DNA of 64,000 nucleotides from the human T2T-CHM13v2.0 reference genome, Homo sapiens, in NCBI RefSeq assembly GCF_009914755.1, contig NC_060929.1; one strand, given 5' to 3'. The translations under genes and the position numbers were made by a program. The notes below the pieces were generated by a model. It made no database searches. It was given only the letters and a program-made list of their open reading frames with translations, and was not told where the DNA came from. Positions 62,965-64,000 of the stretch are shown piece by piece (positions within the stretch are counted from its first letter, which is position 1; every line of letters starts with the position of its first letter).

Positions 62965-63675
62965 GTGGGGTGAAGGACACACTGTAGAAATCCTTCGGGT
63001 ACCTGCATCAGAATCAGACACGAGAGATATGAAAGCAAGCACACAAATCAGAATTTGCTGTAGTGGAGTATTACGAAGATCTGGTATAAAATGAAATAAA
63101 ATAGAGTTTAAAAAAGGAAAACATTACTAACAAACAGTTTTAGAGACAAGTCACCAAGATCTTAGCTTGAGATACACTAACCCAGGCTCCTCCTGCCAAA
63201 TTATGAGCAATTATTGTGCTAAGTATCTATGTGCACCTGTTGTTGTCCTAGCTTCTTCCAATTAAATTATAATCTTAAGATTATTGTTATTCGGAAGAAG
63301 GAGTCTAGGTTAGCATATCTCAAGCTAAGAGCTTGGAAACTGAAACACATTTTAATTGTGGTCATTGCTCCACACCATAGGGGCTCCCTCTGGGACATGG
63401 TCTCAACTGGCTCTGGCCGATTCTGATCCCCATCGGCAATCTCACTTCCCGTTCTCCCCTTTGAGGCCAAATTGTCCATGGTGACTTTAAACCTGGATTC
63501 ATAGATGCCTTCAGGACAGGGAAAAATCTAAGCCTGTGAGGCAGCAATACGGGGAGTAAAGGAGACTGAGGAGAGACCTGTGGTGACTAGGAACATGGCT
63601 TCCTACAGGCATTCAAACTCCATTGTTTAAAATTAACTCTACATTGCCCAAAAAACATTTTTAGAGCAGTGCTCT

Positions 63676-64000
63676 GCTCACCCCTGTAATCCCAGCACTT
63701 CGGGAGGCTGAGGCAGGTGGATCACAAGGTCAGGAGTTCAAGACCAGCCTGGCCAATATGAAATCCCGTCTCTACCAAAAATACAAAAATTAGCTGGGCA
63801 TGGTGGCAGGTGCCTGTAGTCCCAGCTACTTGGGAGGCTGAGGCAGGAGAATCGCTTGAACCGGCAGGCGGAGGTTGCAGTGAGCCCAGATCGCGCCACT
63901 GCACTCCAGCCTGGAGACAGAGTGAGATTCCATCTCAGAAAAAAAAAAAAAAAGAAAAGAAAAGAAAAAGAAAAAGAAAGAATGAAAAGAAAAGAAAAGG
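63676..64000 (+). mobile_element. AluSg-like, slightly 5'-truncated, with a (GAAAA)n tail
   Basis: ggatcacaaggtcaggagttcaagaccagcctggccaa followed by poly(A) and GAAAA repeats. Confidence 0.93.

Overview
Primate (most likely human) genomic DNA inside the ARL15 gene, which lies on the minus strand. The only protein-coding segment I can support is the 145-nt exon 2 (5379-5523: palmitoylated cysteines and the P-loop GLTGSGKT). The rest is intron 1 and intron 2, filled with Alu, L1, L2, MIR, HAL1, LTR and hAT relics plus a few unique stretches that look regulatory. I see no new gene family or foreign system. The strongest observation is a pair of young L1 insertions of different age about 14 kb apart: a twin-primed L1PA2-like copy at 15379-17868 and an L1PA3-like copy at 31221-33957. 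They appear to have exchanged sequence patches, with a ~390-bp near-identical tract in their inverted arms and a seemingly reciprocal patch in their direct arms. Other leads are a PRDM9-type CCTCCCT variant in a THE1 LTR, a SMAD/TCF/Hox-Meis motif cluster near 48.9-49.2 kb, two CTCF-like motifs and three candidate poison exons. Repeat subfamily names come from remembered consensus sequences, and boundaries of old repeats are approximate.
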